Source: an uncultured Turicimonas sp. (GTDB lineage: Bacteria > Pseudomonadota > Gammaproteobacteria > Burkholderiales > Burkholderiaceae_F). From it: 64,000 bases of DNA. The stretch spans positions 2,010 to 66,009 of the forward strand of contig CANTYJ010000071.1 of assembly GCA_947854175.1 (NCBI GenBank). The letters are read 5' to 3'. The notes beneath the pieces were generated by a model that worked only from the letters and a program-made list of their open reading frames with translations, ran no database searches and was not told the origin of the DNA. The position numbers and the translations under genes are program-made. Below, one piece after another: positions 9,349-19,036 of this stretch. Positions within the stretch are counted from its first letter, which is position 1. Every line of letters starts with the position of its first letter.

Positions 9349-10743
9349 ATGGCAGATAAGAAATCCTGGAAACAACTCTTTGGAATATATCTTAAACCCG
9401 TGTGTTTAAGGATGTTCCTGCTTGGATTTTCTGCGGGTCTGCCACTACTGTTGGTTCTCGGGACCCTGAGCTTTCGTCTTCGTGAAGCCGACATCGATCT
9501 GAAAACCATTGGCTTTATGACATGGTTCGGTTTAGCCTATGGCTGTAAATGGGTTTGGGCGCCTCTCGTCGATAACATCAGCCTTCCGGTTCTGACTAAG
9601 AAGTTGGGGCAACGTAAAGCGTGGCTTTCTTTTTCCCAGGTCATCATCATTATTGGTCTGATTGGAATGGCCCTTTGTGATCCCCGGACCGGTCTATTAA
9701 GCATCGCCATTTTTGCAGGTATCACTGCGGTGGCCTCAGCAACCCAAGATATTGCATTAGACGCTTACCGGATAGAAAGTGCCGCCGAAGAATATCAGGG
9801 TGCCTTAGCAGCCTCCTATCAGACCGGTTACAGATTAGCCATGATCTGGTCCGGAGCCGGCGCATTTGCTATTGCAGCAATGACTGCTTCAGGTTCAGAT
9901 CCGTTAGCCTATGATCAGAGAGGCTGGATGGTCTCTTACTGCGTCATGGCTTTTTCCATGTTTGTCGGATTATTGACGACTTTGTTGTCGCCTGCCCCCA
10001 GTGAAAAAGATCTGGAAGAAAAAGCTTTACAGCTGTCAGAGACCAGAACAAAAATCATGCAATTCTGTCAGCAGCATCCTTCGTGGCCTTTCCCGCTCGG
10101 AAGACTTGTCGGCTGGTTTAAGGTAATCTGCGTAACACCGCTTGCTGATTTCTTTGTCCGTTATCGTTGGCACGCTGTCGTTATTCTTCTTTTGATTGCT
10201 ACATATCGCATCAGCGATGTTGTGATGGGTGTAATGAGTAATCCTTTCTACCGTGATTTGGGATTCTCTAAAGAAGAAGTAGCGGCCATCTCCAAAGTAT
10301 TTGGTGTCGTTATGACACTGGTCGGCGCCTTTATCGGAGGAGCCGTGGTCATGAAAATAGGGGTTTTAAAAACTTTGTTTATTGGGGCAGTCCTTTCGGC
10401 AGCGACCAATCTGCTGTTTTCCCAGCTGGCAAATGTCGGACATAGTATCCCTTTCCTGGTTCTGACAATTAGTGCCGATAACCTAGCCGGCGGTTTGGCC
10501 AGTGCTGCTTTTGTTGCATATCTTTCGGGACTGACCAATGTTGCATACTCGGCCACCCAATATGCTCTTTTCTCCTCCATTATGCTGATCCTGCCAAAAT
10601 TTTTGGCAGGATTTTCCGGAGTATTTGTCGAAGCAGCCGGTTACAGCAGCTTCTTCATCGGAACAGCCATGTTAGGACTACCTGTACTGTTCCTTATTCC
10701 ACTAATTGCTTATCTTCAGAAGAAATCAGCCCACAAGGATTAA
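9349..10743 (+). CDS. ampG: AmpG-family muropeptide MFS transporter
   Basis: 464 aa, polytopic. N-terminus LGFSAGLPLLLVLGTLSFRL is typical of AmpG permeases. Confidence 0.75.
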   Translation: MADKKSWKQLFGIYLKPVCLRMFLLGFSAGLPLLLVLGTLSFRLREADIDLKTIGFMTWFGLAYGCKWVWAPLVDNISLPVLTKKLGQRKAWLSFSQVIIIIGLIGMALCDPRTGLLSIAIFAGITAVASATQDIALDAYRIESAAEEYQGALAASYQTGYRLAMIWSGAGAFAIAAMTASGSDPLAYDQRGWMVSYCVMAFSMFVGLLTTLLSPAPSEKDLEEKALQLSETRTKIMQFCQQHPSWPFPLGRLVGWFKVICVTPLADFFVRYRWHAVVILLLIATYRISDVVMGVMSNPFYRDLGFSKEEVAAISKVFGVVMTLVGAFIGGAVVMKIGVLKTLFIGAVLSAATNLLFSQLANVGHSIPFLVLTISADNLAGGLASAAFVAYLSGLTNVAYSATQYALFSSIMLILPKFLAGFSGVFVEAAGYSSFFIGTAMLGLPVLFLIPLIAYLQKKSAHKD

Positions 10744-11423
10744 GACTCGTCGTCACTTTCCTCTTCGGCGAGTTTCTCCCGAACTTCTTCGGGCAACGGA
10801 TAACCTTTCATTCCTTCGGCCATTAAAGCTACATTGACGACGATGGCTTCCAGAGCATCATAAAAGTCGTCATAGACCGGTGCAGTTTCATCAACTTCCT
10901 CACCGCCCTCATTAATCTTACTTCCGAGAATACTTTCCAGATTCAATGTTCCGTCTACCAGCGGATAGACGGCATCAATGTCATTAAGGTCTAAATTATT
11001 CGGAACATCATAAATGGCGCTATAAATCCCGTTAACAAAAGGACTTAAATAACTCATCTGGGTATCGTGATCTTCCTTTAGAAGCTCTTCAGTTTCCGGT
11101 TCAAAACGCACCGGATCGATAACCTGTGATGTCTTTAACCTTTGACTGATTTCTTTATACCTCCTCATCAGCAGTTTTCTTAAGGCATTAAAGTCTTCAC
11201 TTTCTGCAATGGGTTTACCATCTTTTGAAAAAATCAGGCTCAACCACTGGCGATGTACCGGCGGATTAGGCAACAAAGCCCAACCGGTTAAAAATCCGTC
11301 AAGAAATGAAGCATCAATATCGTGAGGTCCAACCTGTTCAGCTAGTTTCTCCGTGAGCGCATCCATCTGCTCCAATTCATCCATGGTCAAAGGAATAATC
11401 TCATTTGTCATGTGTTTCCTCAT
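10740..11423 (-). CDS. Acidic hypothetical protein, YecA/UPF0149-like (tentative)
   Basis: 227 aa. DASFLDGFLTGWALLPNP resembles the UPF0149/YecA N-terminal motif. Very acidic C-terminus. Overlaps the ptsI 3' end (11-23 nt depending on start) and overlaps the ampG stop convergently. Confidence 0.4.
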   Translation of the reverse strand: MRKHMTNEIIPLTMDELEQMDALTEKLAEQVGPHDIDASFLDGFLTGWALLPNPPVHRQWLSLIFSKDGKPIAESEDFNALRKLLMRRYKEISQRLKTSQVIDPVRFEPETEELLKEDHDTQMSYLSPFVNGIYSAIYDVPNNLDLNDIDAVYPLVDGTLNLESILGSKINEGGEEVDETAPVYDDFYDALEAIVVNVALMAEGMKGYPLPEEVREKLAEEESDDES

Positions 11424-13218
11424 GCTTTTTCAAAAATTTTTCAATTGTTTCTTTTACATCAGGGGCCGTTTCCTTCCGCAAAAGTAAACGGGCAAACCTT
11501 TCACAATCTTCTTTATTGAGTTTTCTTATCTGTTTTTTGACTTTCGGAATCTGCATAGCCGCCATTGACAACTCTTCACACCCTAACCCTATAAAGAACG
11601 GCGCAAACTTTCTTTTTCCACCCATCTCTCCGCATATAGAAACAGGTTTCCCCAATTTCTTGGCTACTTTAATAGTATTTGCAATGAGATACAAAACCGA
11701 AGGATGACATTCGTTATAAATTGGAGCAACTGACGGATTACCTCTGTCAACTGCTAATGAATATTGCACTAAATCATTCGTTCCCAATGACGCGAAGTCC
11801 ACTTCTCTTAAGAATGCTTCCGGCTTAATAGCCACTGCAGGCACTTCAACCATGATTCCGACCGGAACATCCGGATTATAAGGAATACCTTCGGTTTCAA
11901 GCTGTTTTTTGACTGTTTCGATGTATCTTTTTGCCTCTTTAATTTCAAAGATCGAGCTGATCATCGGAAGCAGTATCTTGACATTTTCTTTGTAAGCGGC
12001 TCTCAAAATAGCCCGTATCTGGGTCATAAAAAGTGTCGGATTTGCCAAAGTAAACCGTATAGCTCTAAGCCCCAATGCAGGGTTTTCTTCTTCCTCATTA
12101 AGGAGACCGGCGGGAACATTGGCCTCTTTTGCTTCCCGGCTCAGAAGCTTATCGCCACCAACATCCAGCGTCCGGATAGTCACAGGGCGACCTCCCATTG
12201 CTTCGATGAGTTCTTTGTAGTTTTCGTATTGTTCTTCCTCATCCGGTAGTTTATTGCGCCCCATGAACAAGTACTCGCTTCTATAGAGCCCCACTCCTTG
12301 AGCCCCCTGGTGAAGAATTTCATCCAATCCGGCTATCATGGCAACATTGGCCATCAGCTTAACTTTATGGCGACGGTCTTTAGTTTCTGCAACACGCCTT
12401 CTTGCACGGTAAAACTCAGAATATAGATTCTCCTGCTCCCGGACTTTTTCTTTAATTTCTTCTGTTTCTTCTGGGGTCGGGTTACAGATGATTTGGCCGG
12501 TGTTCGAATCCACATAAAGCAGATCGCCGTCATCAATCATACTTCTTGCACCTGCTACACCCACAACTGCAGGAATAAACAAAGTCTGAGACAGCACCGC
12601 TGTATGAGAAGTAGGGCCGCCTTTTTCCGTGATAATTCCAACTAAATCGAGAGCTTCGAACTCTGTTAACCAGATCACATCGGCCAAAGATAGATCATTG
12701 GTAACCAGAATTACTTCGTCCAATGCAGATTTGACCTCCGCCTGAAGTCTGCTCCCTTTTCCTAAGAGCTCTTCCTGAAGGCGGTTTACAGCGTGTTCTA
12801 TATCATCTCCGCGCTCAGCCAAATAGGAGTCCGTCATGTTCTCAAACACTGACTTAATTTCTTCTAAGTGCAGTGCAAGAGCCCATTCCACATTGATTAG
12901 ACGATCAGCAATAATGTTCTCGACTTCTTCTTTCATCGTCTGGTCATTGATGAGCATCTTGAACATTTCCAGAAATGACTTCAGCTCTTTAGGAGCTCTC
13001 TTCGGAGTCCTTTTGAGCATTTGGTTTATTTCTTTATTGACTGATGTAATTGCTTTCGCCAACCGGGCCTTTTCTGCAGGAACTTTATCTTTAGTAATGG
13101 AGTATTGCGGCAACTGCAATGGAGCCATCGCCATAACTCTGGCCTTTCCGAAGCCAAGTCCACTAGAGACTCCGATACCTCTTAGCTCCTTTCTGCTGTG
13201 CTCTTTTGTCTCTGCCAT
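11401..13218 (-). CDS. ptsI: Phosphoenolpyruvate-protein phosphotransferase (PTS enzyme I)
   Basis: 605 aa. Active-site region KGGPTSHTAVLS and the C-terminal PEP-utilizer TIM barrel (FASLGTNDLVQY). Confidence 0.9.
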   Translation of the reverse strand: MAETKEHSRKELRGIGVSSGLGFGKARVMAMAPLQLPQYSITKDKVPAEKARLAKAITSVNKEINQMLKRTPKRAPKELKSFLEMFKMLINDQTMKEEVENIIADRLINVEWALALHLEEIKSVFENMTDSYLAERGDDIEHAVNRLQEELLGKGSRLQAEVKSALDEVILVTNDLSLADVIWLTEFEALDLVGIITEKGGPTSHTAVLSQTLFIPAVVGVAGARSMIDDGDLLYVDSNTGQIICNPTPEETEEIKEKVREQENLYSEFYRARRRVAETKDRRHKVKLMANVAMIAGLDEILHQGAQGVGLYRSEYLFMGRNKLPDEEEQYENYKELIEAMGGRPVTIRTLDVGGDKLLSREAKEANVPAGLLNEEEENPALGLRAIRFTLANPTLFMTQIRAILRAAYKENVKILLPMISSIFEIKEAKRYIETVKKQLETEGIPYNPDVPVGIMVEVPAVAIKPEAFLREVDFASLGTNDLVQYSLAVDRGNPSVAPIYNECHPSVLYLIANTIKVAKKLGKPVSICGEMGGKRKFAPFFIGLGCEELSMAAMQIPKVKKQIRKLNKEDCERFARLLLRKETAPDVKETIEKFLKKHEETHDK

Positions 13219-13220
13219 GG

Positions 13221-13490
13221 TTATTGTGCCTCTCCGAACTTTTCGGCAAAGAGTTCAACAATTGCTGCCAACAGCTCATTTTCATCTGTTCCGTCAGCGG
13301 TTAATGTCAACTCTGTTCCCTGAGAGGCTGCCATTAACATCACTCCCATAATCGACTTCCCATTGACTTCACGCTTTCCGTTTGAAATCTTTAAAGTACT
13401 TAAAAATTCGTTGGCTTTTTGTGTCAGTTTAGTTGCCGGCCGGGCATGGAGCCCTAATTTATTTAGCACGGTTACCTTAACAGTTTTCAC
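13221..13490 (-). CDS. ptsH: Phosphocarrier protein HPr
   Basis: 89 aa. GLHARPA His-15 motif and GKSIMGVM Ser-46 region. GTG start. Confidence 0.9.
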   Translation of the reverse strand: MKTVKVTVLNKLGLHARPATKLTQKANEFLSTLKISNGKREVNGKSIMGVMLMAASQGTELTLTADGTDENELLAAIVELFAEKFGEAQ

Positions 13491-13866
13491 GCTCTGACCT
13501 CGTTGATAGTTGAGATGCTTCTATTGCTTTTTCCCTGAGAACATGCAGGGGCTGTTCTCTATAACAGATAAGTTTCATTATCATTGGAAGGCTTAAGGGA
13601 GCAAAGCATTCACAATTTTTTTCTTTTGCAAAGGCACAGACAACATTACCCGGAGTTGCTCCAAAAACATCAACCAGAATTAATTTTTGTTCGCAGGAAA
13701 TCAGGCTCCATGCCTGCTCTAAATCTTTGAACTGTTTTTCCTTAGGTTCATCCGAGAAAATATCGACAGCCTCAACACCTTCCAGATGCCCAAAAATATC
13801 TTCCAGAACCGATTTAAAAGCTCCGGCCAGTGGAGCGTGCCCCACTAATAAAAATCCAGTGCTCAA
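13477..13866 (-). CDS. PTS EIIA component, mannose/fructose family (regulatory, PtsM-like)
   Basis: 129 aa. N-terminal LLVGHAPLAGAF (phospho-His loop). TTG start preceded by GGGAG. No EIIB/C/D genes are nearby. Confidence 0.7.
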   Translation of the reverse strand: MSTGFLLVGHAPLAGAFKSVLEDIFGHLEGVEAVDIFSDEPKEKQFKDLEQAWSLISCEQKLILVDVFGATPGNVVCAFAKEKNCECFAPLSLPMIMKLICYREQPLHVLREKAIEASQLSTRSERENC

Positions 13867-14202
13867 TTTTTTGCTCCCAATAGTAATCGTTCAATTGTAC
13901 TGAGTGCCATTAACAATATGAAGAATAGAGACTGAAATATTCCATCAAAACATTTTCTATACTACAGATCTCCTTAAACTCCTATGTTCCATTCATGCCT
14001 TGTATATCAGAGGATCATAACTTTCTTTGCGATCAAAGTGACTTGAATAAACGAATGTAAGCGCATACAAAATAAGCACAATGTTCTTTATCACGACAAC
14101 ATAGCACTAAGAGGGCACTACAACAAATTACGGAAAGAAAATTTTCACCTTAACTAACAGGTGTCCTACGAGATAGAGATGGGAGGGAGAACCATTAGAA
14201 AA

Positions 14203-14514
14203 TCAGAGTTCTTTTTGAAGGAAAATTCCGTTCTTTTGCATTTCTTGGATGAACATTAATGCTTGACGTGAAAGAACAGGTGTTTTCTCAAAACCTTCAA
14301 TAACCCTTCGGAACACATCAGGTTCAAGCATTCCGTAATCCTTCATTTCCTTATTATCAACTTTTCTTTCTAGTTTGAGAACATTCATCGGAACAGCAGC
14401 CTGATAAAAGCAAAAACTTTTATGTTTTATGAAAAAATGATCTCCGACTTCAAGAATACAGGAGGAATCATTACTTTGCGCTCCATCATGCCATGATGAG
14501 ACATTTACTGTCAA
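14203..14514 (-). CDS. Hypothetical protein downstream of the Panacea-domain gene (candidate toxin partner; start uncertain)
   Basis: 103 codons from TTG. No in-frame ATG until MNVLKLERK. An overlapping frame offers ATG 14504 (MSHHGMMERKVMIPPVFLKSEIIFS*), which would join this frame by a 1-nt slip in a T6 run. I recognise no motif. Confidence 0.3.
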   Translation of the reverse strand: MTVNVSSWHDGAQSNDSSCILEVGDHFFIKHKSFCFYQAAVPMNVLKLERKVDNKEMKDYGMLEPDVFRRVIEGFEKTPVLSRQALMFIQEMQKNGIFLQKEL

Positions 14515-14627
14515 AATTGCGTCCGCTCCGATTTAGGGATAAAACATCGGTTGACTACAAAGGATAATCAAATGGTCACTAAATCCGGAGACGCCGAACA
14601 CCGTACCCCCTCTTAAAGCAGAATAAC

Positions 14628-15191
14628 TCATGAGACTAAATCTGCAATCAACCTGTCATACTCATCTTGCTCCTGCAGAGATTGCATTGTAGCTATGGTT
14701 TCTTGTTGATTTCTACCATGATTCCTCAAAATATCCTCAATTCTGAGAGGTAAACAAGATTTTCCAGGGTTTTGCCATTCAGGACAATGTTCTTGAGTGT
14801 GAGTCAAATCTACCAAGTCAAAGGCTTCATAGTGTCCATATTTTTGGTACACCCTGTCGAGAATTTTCATCTGAGCATCACTTAAAAAATTAAAAGACTC
14901 CCTGCAGAAATTTGCCTTCTTATGAATAAATTTGTTGTCTTCTACACATTTAATCCAACGAGACCAATATGTATCAGAATCGATCACGTGAAATTTATCT
15001 AAAGTGTTAGAAAGTACCGGGCCGTACGGAAGTGAATAAAGTTCATCACCGGTTAACCGACTTCCATGGCTTAAAAGGAACTCACGTTCAGCCAGATACA
15101 TAAGTTTCATAAGTTTGATGTACTTGACAGGTTCTTTAGCTTTCCAGAGGAAGTAAGCCGCAACTTGAGCCGCTGTACGCTCTTTATACAT
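14628..15191 (-). CDS. Panacea / DUF4065 domain protein (PanA / SocA-like antitoxin)
   Basis: 187 aa from ATG 15191, with AGGAGG 6 nt upstream. IKLMKLMYLAEREFLLSHGSRLTGDELYSLPYGPVLSNT matches the DUF4065 core (KLxKLxY...G.pl....f.a...GPV). Confidence 0.75.
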   Translation of the reverse strand: MYKERTAAQVAAYFLWKAKEPVKYIKLMKLMYLAEREFLLSHGSRLTGDELYSLPYGPVLSNTLDKFHVIDSDTYWSRWIKCVEDNKFIHKKANFCRESFNFLSDAQMKILDRVYQKYGHYEAFDLVDLTHTQEHCPEWQNPGKSCLPLRIEDILRNHGRNQQETIATMQSLQEQDEYDRLIADLVS

Positions 15192-15681
15192 ATTCTTCCT
15201 CCTAACTGAGCAACTTGAGACCTTACTACCTGTTTGGCACAGAGTCAAAGTATTAGAAATATCTAAAGTGGCTTTGGCAAACCCTTCTAGTTTCTACTCT
15301 ATGAAACCAGAAAGAAGATAAACACGAGGACCAACTCTAAAAATTAAGTCGTGCAATAAGGATTCTGTCGTGAAACACTCTCAACCGACACGCCTTTATC
15401 TCCCCTCCCATGTTAGCGAAATTATCCGACAAAAGCGATATTGTTGTCAATTTTCAAGGAACCTTCTCTATTACCTTGATAGGTGTAGCAATTGTTCTAC
15501 TAGCTGTAAAACGATAGGACAAACAAGTCCTGGAGGGTCACTGAAGTGACAAACTTTGTGGTTTGTGCAGACAATCATCGCCTCACTCCGTTCTGAGAAC
15601 GTCCTTCTCCTATTTGGGTTCAGTGCTTCTATACTACTCAAATATCAAATAAAACAATTTAATCGGTTTATGGAGAAGGTC

Positions 15682-16038
15682 ATGGCAATTGTTACTTTCC
15701 GTTCTAAGGCAGCGGGAGAAGTCTATATGTTTAGAGAAACTGCTGAGGAAATCTTCAAGGTAATCGGAAAACCTTTAGGAATCCGAGGCGTTATCACTCC
15801 TGAAGAAATTCCTGCGGCTCTTGATGCACTAAAAGAAAGGATCGCGAAGGAAAAAGAACTGCTCAAAGAACTTAGAGATAAAGAAGACAAAATGTTCCGG
15901 GAAGGAAAGGATCTGGATAAAGAAAAGAAACCGGCCATGGAACAACCTGTTTACTTTACCCAGAGAGCTTATCCTTTTATGGAGATTCTTGAGCTTTCCT
16001 TGAAAGACAATACCCCGGTTACTTGGGGTGTCCCTTAA
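15682..16038 (+). CDS. DUF1840 family protein
   Basis: 118 aa from ATG 15682 (GGAG upstream). MAIVTFRSKAAGEVYMF...TQRAYPFMEILE...VTWGV fits the DUF1840 pattern. The track start 15556 looks like a spurious extension. Confidence 0.55.
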   Translation: MAIVTFRSKAAGEVYMFRETAEEIFKVIGKPLGIRGVITPEEIPAALDALKERIAKEKELLKELRDKEDKMFREGKDLDKEKKPAMEQPVYFTQRAYPFMEILELSLKDNTPVTWGVP

Positions 16039-16076
16039 AATTTAACAATAAAGTTTTCTTCTAATGTCCTTGATAA

Positions 16077-16110
16077 TTAATCTCACCGGAAACGATGAGA
16101 TTAATTTTTT
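16077..16110 (+). terminator. Intrinsic terminator after the DUF1840 gene (also lies 3' of trkH)
   Basis: 9-bp stem TTAATCTCA/TGAGATTAA, 10-nt loop, then T6. Confidence 0.7.
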
Positions 16111-16117
16111 AAACTCA

Positions 16118-17590
16118 TTAGGCTCTCCAGAATCCTCTTGTAAAGAGAACCAAAACTGTGAAGAGTTCCAGACGTCCTATGATCATCAGGAACGTACAGA
16201 AAATAACTTGGAAATCTGTTAGAGAAGCAAAGTTATAGGCAGGCCCAAGTGAGCCGAGTGCCGGACCAAGATTGTTTAGACAAGCAATCGCGGTTGAAAA
16301 AGCAGTCAATCCGTCCATGCCTGTAAATAGGAAAATCATCGTGCTTGTGAAAGCAATCGCGATATACAACATAAGAAATGCCAAAACCGCGAAAATCACC
16401 TGACTTGAAATCGGTTTGTTGCCAATCTTCAGAGGAATAACCAGTCTCGGATGAAGTATTTTCTTAAATTCCAACCCTCCCTGTTTAACCAACGCAATGG
16501 CTCGAATCATTTTGATACCGCCACCGGTTGAACCTGCACAGGTAGCAAAGCAGGAACCGAAAAGCATCAGTAATTGAACTAAAAGTGGCCAGTCACCATA
16601 GTTTGTATTGGCAAATCCGCTGGTACTGACAACAAACACAACATTGGTCAATGAATAGTAAAAAGCATCCTCAATTTCAGTATAGGTCTCCGTGCTCATC
16701 AATAAGAATGTTGTGAGTGCAGTAATGACTGCTGCAGTCAATAGCCAGCTAAAGCTTTCAACGTCTTTAAAGTACAGTCTGGGATCTAGTTTTCTCCACA
16801 CTAGAAAGTGCATTGAAAAGTTAATACCCCCAATCAGCAGGAAAACGACCGCCACATAATCAACTGCTCTTGTCGACCAGTATGCAAATCCGGCATCATG
16901 GCTGGAAAATCCGCCCAGAGAAACCGTGGTGAAGGTATGCATCACCGCATCATCCCATTCCATCCCGGCCAGGTGGTAACAAATGGCACAAACCACGGAA
17001 AGCGCAAAATAAATGTTATAGAAAGCTTTCGCAGTATCAGCAATTCGCGGTGTAAGACGCCCTTCTTTAATTGGACCGGAAGATTCAGCACGGAAGATCT
17101 GCGCACCACCGACGCCCAACAATGGCAATACTGCAACGGCCATTACCAGAATTCCGATACCTCCCATCCAGGCTAGAAAACATCTCCAGAAATTGATACT
17201 CATCGGAAGATCGTCTAACCCTCTCAAGATCGTTGCACACGTCGTTGTAATGCCTGAGACCGCTTCAAAGAACGCATGTGTAAAGGGGATTCCGTCAATC
17301 TGCAGATATATTGGCAATGTGGCATAAAACGCCAGAAGCACCCACGCCATGGTCACAAGTAAAAAACCGTCCCGGGGAATAAGCTCCCGTTTAAAGCTGC
17401 GGGTCGAAATCCAAAGAATAAAACCTGAGAAAAAGGTAATTAAAAACGAAGTGACAAAACTATCTAAGGCACCGTCTGCTTTCCAATATGATAAAGCCAT
17501 CGGAATAAGCATCGATAATGAAAACCCGATGACAATCGGTCCCAAAACATTGAGGACCGGTAAAAGCATGAGACGAAGGACCGGATGCAT
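16118..17590 (-). CDS. trkH: Trk-type potassium uptake protein, membrane subunit
   Basis: 490 aa, polytopic. Repeated selectivity-filter-like GGxGG/STGG segments (GSTGGGIKM). Adjacent to trkA. Confidence 0.9.
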   Translation of the reverse strand: MHPVLRLMLLPVLNVLGPIVIGFSLSMLIPMALSYWKADGALDSFVTSFLITFFSGFILWISTRSFKRELIPRDGFLLVTMAWVLLAFYATLPIYLQIDGIPFTHAFFEAVSGITTTCATILRGLDDLPMSINFWRCFLAWMGGIGILVMAVAVLPLLGVGGAQIFRAESSGPIKEGRLTPRIADTAKAFYNIYFALSVVCAICYHLAGMEWDDAVMHTFTTVSLGGFSSHDAGFAYWSTRAVDYVAVVFLLIGGINFSMHFLVWRKLDPRLYFKDVESFSWLLTAAVITALTTFLLMSTETYTEIEDAFYYSLTNVVFVVSTSGFANTNYGDWPLLVQLLMLFGSCFATCAGSTGGGIKMIRAIALVKQGGLEFKKILHPRLVIPLKIGNKPISSQVIFAVLAFLMLYIAIAFTSTMIFLFTGMDGLTAFSTAIACLNNLGPALGSLGPAYNFASLTDFQVIFCTFLMIIGRLELFTVLVLFTRGFWRA

Positions 17591-17602
17591 ATCGTCTCGC
17601 CT

Positions 17603-19018
17603 TTAAAAGAATCCTACCGAAGGTGAAAATAGTTTTTCTATCTCCGGTATCTGTTTTCTGTTTCCAACATAAAGAATGACATGATCTCCGTCTTCAATTG
17701 TCAACCCTTCATCGGATGCCATTAAGACTTCCTGATCGTCAGATGCTCCACGGATGATACAACCGATAGAAACGCCGGCAGGTACACCAACTTTTTTAAC
17801 CGGTTTACCAATCACTTTAGAATTTTTTGGAGTTCCGTGAGCAACCATTTCCATGACTTCGCCAGCATCCCGTCTTAAATTATGAGCAGAGACTACATCT
17901 CCCTGCCGGATATGCCTTAAGAGATCGGACAACACGGACTCATTTGGAGAAAAAACGATGTCAATATCCGTTGAATCAACCAAATCGATATAGCTTGCAC
18001 GGTTGATTAATGCAATAGTGCAGTGAGCTCCTAGTCTTTTTGCCAGCAGACAGCTCATAAAGTTGTCTTCATCATCATTGCTGACTGCAACAAAGACATC
18101 AATGTTTGCGATACCCTCGTTGATAAAAAGAGTCTCGTCTGTCATGTCTCCGTTTAAGACAAGAACAGAGCTGGACAAATGTTGGGACAGATATTGACAG
18201 CGGGTTACATCTTCCTCAATAATTTTAATGTTATAAGCGTCCCCATAAGGTGTCTCCATATTGTCCAGAGCTTTTGCCAGTTGGAGACTCAGTGATCCGC
18301 CTCCTGCAATCATAACCCGATCACTTCGTCTGACTTTCTTTCTAAACTGTCTTATGACGGTCGGAGCATCCTGCTTTAATGTCAAAAAGAAGACTTCATC
18401 CCCGGGTTCGAGAACCGTTGAGCCTTTTACATTAGTCACTTTAAATTTTTTCTTGCAGATAGAGACAATGAAAACGCGGCAGTCCGGAACGAGGATATGG
18501 ATATCTTCAACCGGACAGTTGGCGATTCTTGACTCAGAGGCAACCTTGACAGAAACCAATATCAAATCTGCTGTTGAAAAATCGATAACCTGAAGAGCCT
18601 CCGGATGCTGAATCAGTTCAACAATAGACTTTGTCACAGCATCTTCCGGCCAGATAACTGAAGTAGCTCTAAAACCAGCGGTGGAAAGAAGTGCGGGATA
18701 CTCCCTGAGCTCCTCGTTACGGACACGGGCAATTCTTGCCGGCACATTAAAAAGCTGTTCTGCAATAAGCGTGGTTACCAGATTCGTCTCATCGCTGGCA
18801 GTCACCGAAATGACCATATCAGCATCGGCCGCACCAGCTTCTGCAAGCACAGAGGGAGAAGTGGCATCACCGACGATGCCCTGCAAATCATACTGGGACT
18901 GAATTTCGTTGATCTTATTTTTATCTTTATCAACGATAGTGATGTCGTTGGATTCCGAAACCAGATTTCCGGCAACCGAGGAACCAACTTTCCCGGCCCC
19001 CAGAATCAGTATTCGCAT
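17603..19018 (-). CDS. trkA: Trk system NAD-binding subunit
   Basis: 471 aa. Two RCK modules (MRILILGAGKVGSSV and VMIAGGGSLSLQLA Rossmann starts). Confidence 0.9.
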   Translation of the reverse strand: MRILILGAGKVGSSVAGNLVSESNDITIVDKDKNKINEIQSQYDLQGIVGDATSPSVLAEAGAADADMVISVTASDETNLVTTLIAEQLFNVPARIARVRNEELREYPALLSTAGFRATSVIWPEDAVTKSIVELIQHPEALQVIDFSTADLILVSVKVASESRIANCPVEDIHILVPDCRVFIVSICKKKFKVTNVKGSTVLEPGDEVFFLTLKQDAPTVIRQFRKKVRRSDRVMIAGGGSLSLQLAKALDNMETPYGDAYNIKIIEEDVTRCQYLSQHLSSSVLVLNGDMTDETLFINEGIANIDVFVAVSNDDEDNFMSCLLAKRLGAHCTIALINRASYIDLVDSTDIDIVFSPNESVLSDLLRHIRQGDVVSAHNLRRDAGEVMEMVAHGTPKNSKVIGKPVKKVGVPAGVSIGCIIRGASDDQEVLMASDEGLTIEDGDHVILYVGNRKQIPEIEKLFSPSVGFF

Positions 19019-19036
19019 TTTTCCCCCAAACAGTTG

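Noticed and set aside
12836-13351. 171-aa ORF antisense to ptsI/ptsH
   Set aside because: It is a shadow ORF of well-supported genes. The same applies to other long antisense ORFs: 10248..10580, 18261..18593, 22185..22544, 24067..24435, 33061..33555, 35749..36222, 40237..40632, 40667..41083, 53436..53873, 54147..54467 and 59824..60285.
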